DNA of 24,000 bases from Candidatus Micrarchaeaceae archaeon (GTDB lineage Archaea; Micrarchaeota; Micrarchaeia; Micrarchaeales; Micrarchaeaceae), in the NCBI GenBank assembly GCA_027310825.1, contig DAIDAC010000001.1, positions 108,695 to 132,694 of the forward strand. The letters run 5' to 3'. The position numbers and the translations under genes were made by a program. Below, piece after piece: positions 21,632 through 24,000 of the stretch (its first letter is position 1; each line of letters opens with the position of its first letter). The notes below the pieces were generated by a model. That model was not told the origin of the DNA, did no database searches, and saw only the letters and a program-made list of their open reading frames with translations.

Positions 21632-21643
21632 ATCCCCACCAAA

Positions 21644-23629
21644 CTAACCCAACACCGCAAACGCCACTACAACCGACAGCGTAAGCATGAGATAAAACAG
21701 ATAGTCGACAAGCTTGCCTGTCTGGAGCTTCCTTGACCAAGGCGCGACGAATAAGAAGGCTTTTCTTATCGGCTCGTAGATAATCTTTTCGAACAGCATA
21801 TGACCGTAGGCATCGGCCCGGCCAAGTGGATTTGCAAGTATATTGAAGCCGCGAAGTATCGGCATCGTAAAGCCCTTTGCAGAATATTGCATGTGGCCAT
21901 TTATCCCGGGCAGGCCGCACGCCCATGTTGGTCCGACCTGCTCGACAACGTGTTTTCTTTTACCGAGATATTTGATATACAACAACGTGAATGCGACTAT
22001 GGCCAGAAGGGCCACGAATATCTCAAGCATTGGGAGAGTTGACACAGTCGCGACGATGGTTGGCGCGCCGCCCATGTTCAACTGCACCAGCACAGGCGAT
22101 ATCATCCTTGCGACGACACCCGGGAAAATTCCTGCGCATATGCATGCAGCGGCGAGGATGCCCATGCCAAAGAGCATCGCCTTTGAAGGATCGCGCGCTT
22201 TCTGCACGTGTGTGCTTCGCGGGGTTCCAAGGAATGTTAGGCCGAACGCCTTTGAAAACGCAGCCACGGCGAACGCGCTAGTCAACGCAAGCGCAAGGAT
22301 GGCAGCCCCCGACACAAATGATACAAGCTTGGTGCCGCCAACGCCGCCCAAGAGCGCCACGAAGGTAAGCCATTCACTGACGAATCCGTTGAGTGGAGGA
22401 AGCGCAGCGATCGATGCGGCGCCGACAAGGAAGAGCAGCGCGGTGATCGGCATGTATTTGATTATGCCTCCGAGTTCATCGATGTTGCGCGTGTGCGCCG
22501 AAGAGGCAACCGCTCCTGCTCCGGAGAATAGAAGGCTCTTGAAAAGCGCGTGATTCATCGTATGATAAAGCGCGGCGAAGAGAGCGATAGCAGCGAGAAG
22601 TGGAAGGTTTATCGTCGTAAATATCGAAGCTGCGCCAAGGCCAAGGAATATTATCCCTATGTTTTCTATGCTGTGATAAGCGAGGAGCGTCTTCAGGTCG
22701 TGCTCCATCAGCGAATAAAGGACACCGAGGACAGACGAGACCATTCCGAGCGCGAGAAGGACAAGGCCCCACCAAAGAGGTATGGTGCTGCCCAAAAGGA
22801 ATCCGAACACAACGCGTACAATCCCATAGATTGCGGTCTTCAGCATTATTCCAGACATGAGCGCAGATATGTTGCTAGGCGCCTGTGGGTGCGCGACCGG
22901 AAGCCAGATGTGGAACGGCATGACTCCGGATTTTATTCCAAAGCTTATCAATGCAAAAATGAATATCACAGCGGCAACGGCTGGCGCGTATTGCGCGCTT
23001 GAAAACGCGCTGAAATCCGCAGAGAAGTTTGCACCAGACGCGAGCGCGATGAACATTACTATAAGGCACAATGTTCCGAAATGCGTCATTAGCAGATACG
23101 AAAGCCCTGCGCTCTTGGTGGAATCTTCCTTATGTTCGAATGAAACAAGATAGTAAGATGAGAGGGCCATCAGTTCCCAGAAGACGATGAATGCAATCGC
23201 ATTCTGCGCAGTAACGACCATCGCGATCGAAAGCAAAAAGAGGTTGAACAGGAAGATGAAGCGCGGTATGCTGTATCCTCTGCGCGCATATTCGCCGACG
23301 TAGCCGAACGAGTAAATTGATACCGACAAAGTCACGAAGCCGATAAATGCTATGAAGAAGCCGGAGAGGGCATCGACGCCGAATCCGATCGTTCCGAGAA
23401 TCGGCACCACCGCAATCACCATCTTTGAGATTTGGAGGCCGAGAAGTGCGCTTATTCCGGCGGCCATTAGAGAGAGGCTAGCCAGTGACGCAGACAGAAG
23501 CCCTACGAGTTTGGAATATTTCCAGTTCTTGACCAGGAAAGCGGATAGCATTCCGAATGCATAAAACAACACGGAGAGCCACAAAAGCCCGGCTGTGCTT
23601 CCAAGAATGCTTAGTAGATATTGTTGCAT
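21644..23629 (-). CDS. HyfB/HycC/NuoL-like antiporter-type membrane subunit
   Basis: 661 aa and polytopic. It has the signature MPFHIWLPVAHPQAPSNISALMSGIMLKTAIYGIVR and LLAYHSIENIGIIFLGLG. Its size is close to E. coli HyfB. It is the first gene of the cluster, with GGGAGAT SD-like sequence adjacent to the ATG and AT-rich TATA-like sequences 45-70 nt upstream. Confidence 0.9.
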   Translation of the reverse strand: MQQYLLSILGSTAGLLWLSVLFYAFGMLSAFLVKNWKYSKLVGLLSASLASLSLMAAGISALLGLQISKMVIAVVPILGTIGFGVDALSGFFIAFIGFVTLSVSIYSFGYVGEYARRGYSIPRFIFLFNLFLLSIAMVVTAQNAIAFIVFWELMALSSYYLVSFEHKEDSTKSAGLSYLLMTHFGTLCLIVMFIALASGANFSADFSAFSSAQYAPAVAAVIFIFALISFGIKSGVMPFHIWLPVAHPQAPSNISALMSGIMLKTAIYGIVRVVFGFLLGSTIPLWWGLVLLALGMVSSVLGVLYSLMEHDLKTLLAYHSIENIGIIFLGLGAASIFTTINLPLLAAIALFAALYHTMNHALFKSLLFSGAGAVASSAHTRNIDELGGIIKYMPITALLFLVGAASIAALPPLNGFVSEWLTFVALLGGVGGTKLVSFVSGAAILALALTSAFAVAAFSKAFGLTFLGTPRSTHVQKARDPSKAMLFGMGILAAACICAGIFPGVVARMISPVLVQLNMGGAPTIVATVSTLPMLEIFVALLAIVAFTLLYIKYLGKRKHVVEQVGPTWACGLPGINGHMQYSAKGFTMPILRGFNILANPLGRADAYGHMLFEKIIYEPIRKAFLFVAPWSRKLQTGKLVDYLFYLMLTLSVVVAFAVLG

Positions 23630-23705
23630 TATCTCCCGACGCGATGTGCTTGCGGCTGAAAAATAGTCGCCTTTTATTATGAACTAGAAATATATTTAAA
23701 GGCAG

Positions 23706-24000
23706 TCACTTCTTGTCCAGATTCTTCATCGTTTCCTTCAGCACATACTTGAACCATGCTGCGTATTTGCCAGGGCTTCTTTTCATGTCTTTCTCGATCT
23801 CTTCGAGGTTAGCCCATTTCCAGCCCTGCACCTCGTCAGGATTTGGCTTAGGCGCCCCTTCATAAGTTCCAAAGAAAAGATGGTCGTATTCGTTTTCAGT
23901 CAGATTGTTGCCGACGTCTGTTCTGTAGACGAACTGAGTCACTTCATGCATGGGGCAATCGAATCCCATCTCTTCCATTAGTCTTCTGTGCACCGCCTGG
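23706..24000 (-). CDS. idi: Isopentenyl-diphosphate delta-isomerase, type 1 (Nudix fold), C-terminal part; the gene continues beyond the window end
   Basis: The reading frame is open to nt 24000. The visible part is (A)VHRRLMEEMGFDC...FVYRTDVGNNLTENEYDHLFFGTYEGAPKPNPDEVQGWKWANLEEIEKDMKRSPGKYAAWF. This fits the type 1 IDI pattern (A..RRL.EELG...F.Y.A......ENE..HV..G......NP.EV....W......P..FTPWF). Confidence 0.78.
   Translation of the reverse strand, partial: QAVHRRLMEEMGFDCPMHEVTQFVYRTDVGNNLTENEYDHLFFGTYEGAPKPNPDEVQGWKWANLEEIEKDMKRSPGKYAAWFKYVLKETMKNLDKK

Noticed and set aside
17015-22553. Several long plus-strand ORFs antisense to the complex genes (17015-17722, 20049-20474, 20697-21230, 21843-22553, 22550-23002)
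   Set aside because: All are antisense shadows of strongly supported minus-strand genes. Their translations are Ser/Ala/Thr/Arg-rich with no motifs, and none has a plausible promoter or SD.
16430-23629. Annotating the cluster as a functional formate hydrogenlyase / hydrogenase-4 (Hyf) or Ech-type [NiFe] hydrogenase
   Set aside because: Subunit homology is clear, but the four NiFe cysteines and three of four small-subunit cluster ligands are substituted. No ferredoxin-type subunit, maturation gene or formate dehydrogenase is present, so a catalytic hydrogenase call is not supported.
1-24000. CRISPR arrays, rRNA genes, transposases/IS elements, toxin-antitoxin or other recognisable defence modules
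   Set aside because: No spaced direct repeats longer than the single 13-bp tandem duplication were seen. There are no rRNA-like stretches, and no ORF has transposase, integrase, Cas, restriction-modification or toxin motifs that I could recognise.

Overview
The window looks like a chromosomal segment from an archaeon, probably an uncultured, small-genome lineage. The archaeal call rests on several points: Trm1, a class I CCA-adding enzyme, a Fap7/AK6-type kinase and DUF357 are present. AT-rich TATA-like boxes sit about 26-28 nt upstream of several ATGs, which suggests leaderless transcripts. One tRNA carries an insert outside the anticodon loop. Gene density is high and both strands are used. 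Most content is housekeeping: the 3' end of a TyrRS-like gene, tRNA-Leu(CAA), tRNA-Ala(CGC), trm1, cca, sua5 and a Fap7-like kinase. Other genes are EamA and MFS transporters, a tandem-duplicated Lrp/AsnC regulator, small zinc-binding proteins and a sequon-rich secreted protein. The most interesting block is a tightly packed five-gene operon on the minus strand (16430-23629). It is homologous to the hydrogenase-4 / group 4 [NiFe]-hydrogenase / complex I core, with subunits like HyfB, a HyfC::HyfE fusion, HyfF, a NuoC-HycE large subunit and a HycG/NuoB small subunit. The large subunit has lost all four NiFe cysteines and the small subunit has lost three of four [4Fe-4S] ligands. No ferredoxin-type subunit is encoded, so this is an Ehr-like, apparently redox-dead membrane complex of unknown function. 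Other notable items are a 21-nt insert in the T-loop of tRNA-Leu and an AT-rich island with a LAGLIDADG homing-endonuclease gene that reads 23 nt into tRNA-Ala. There is also a frameshifted GNAT gene and a membrane protein with a possible PLD-fold (MIT_C-like) C-terminal domain. No CRISPR array, rRNA or transposase was seen. All calls come from reading the sequence and ORF translations by eye and from remembered family motifs, and no database search was run.
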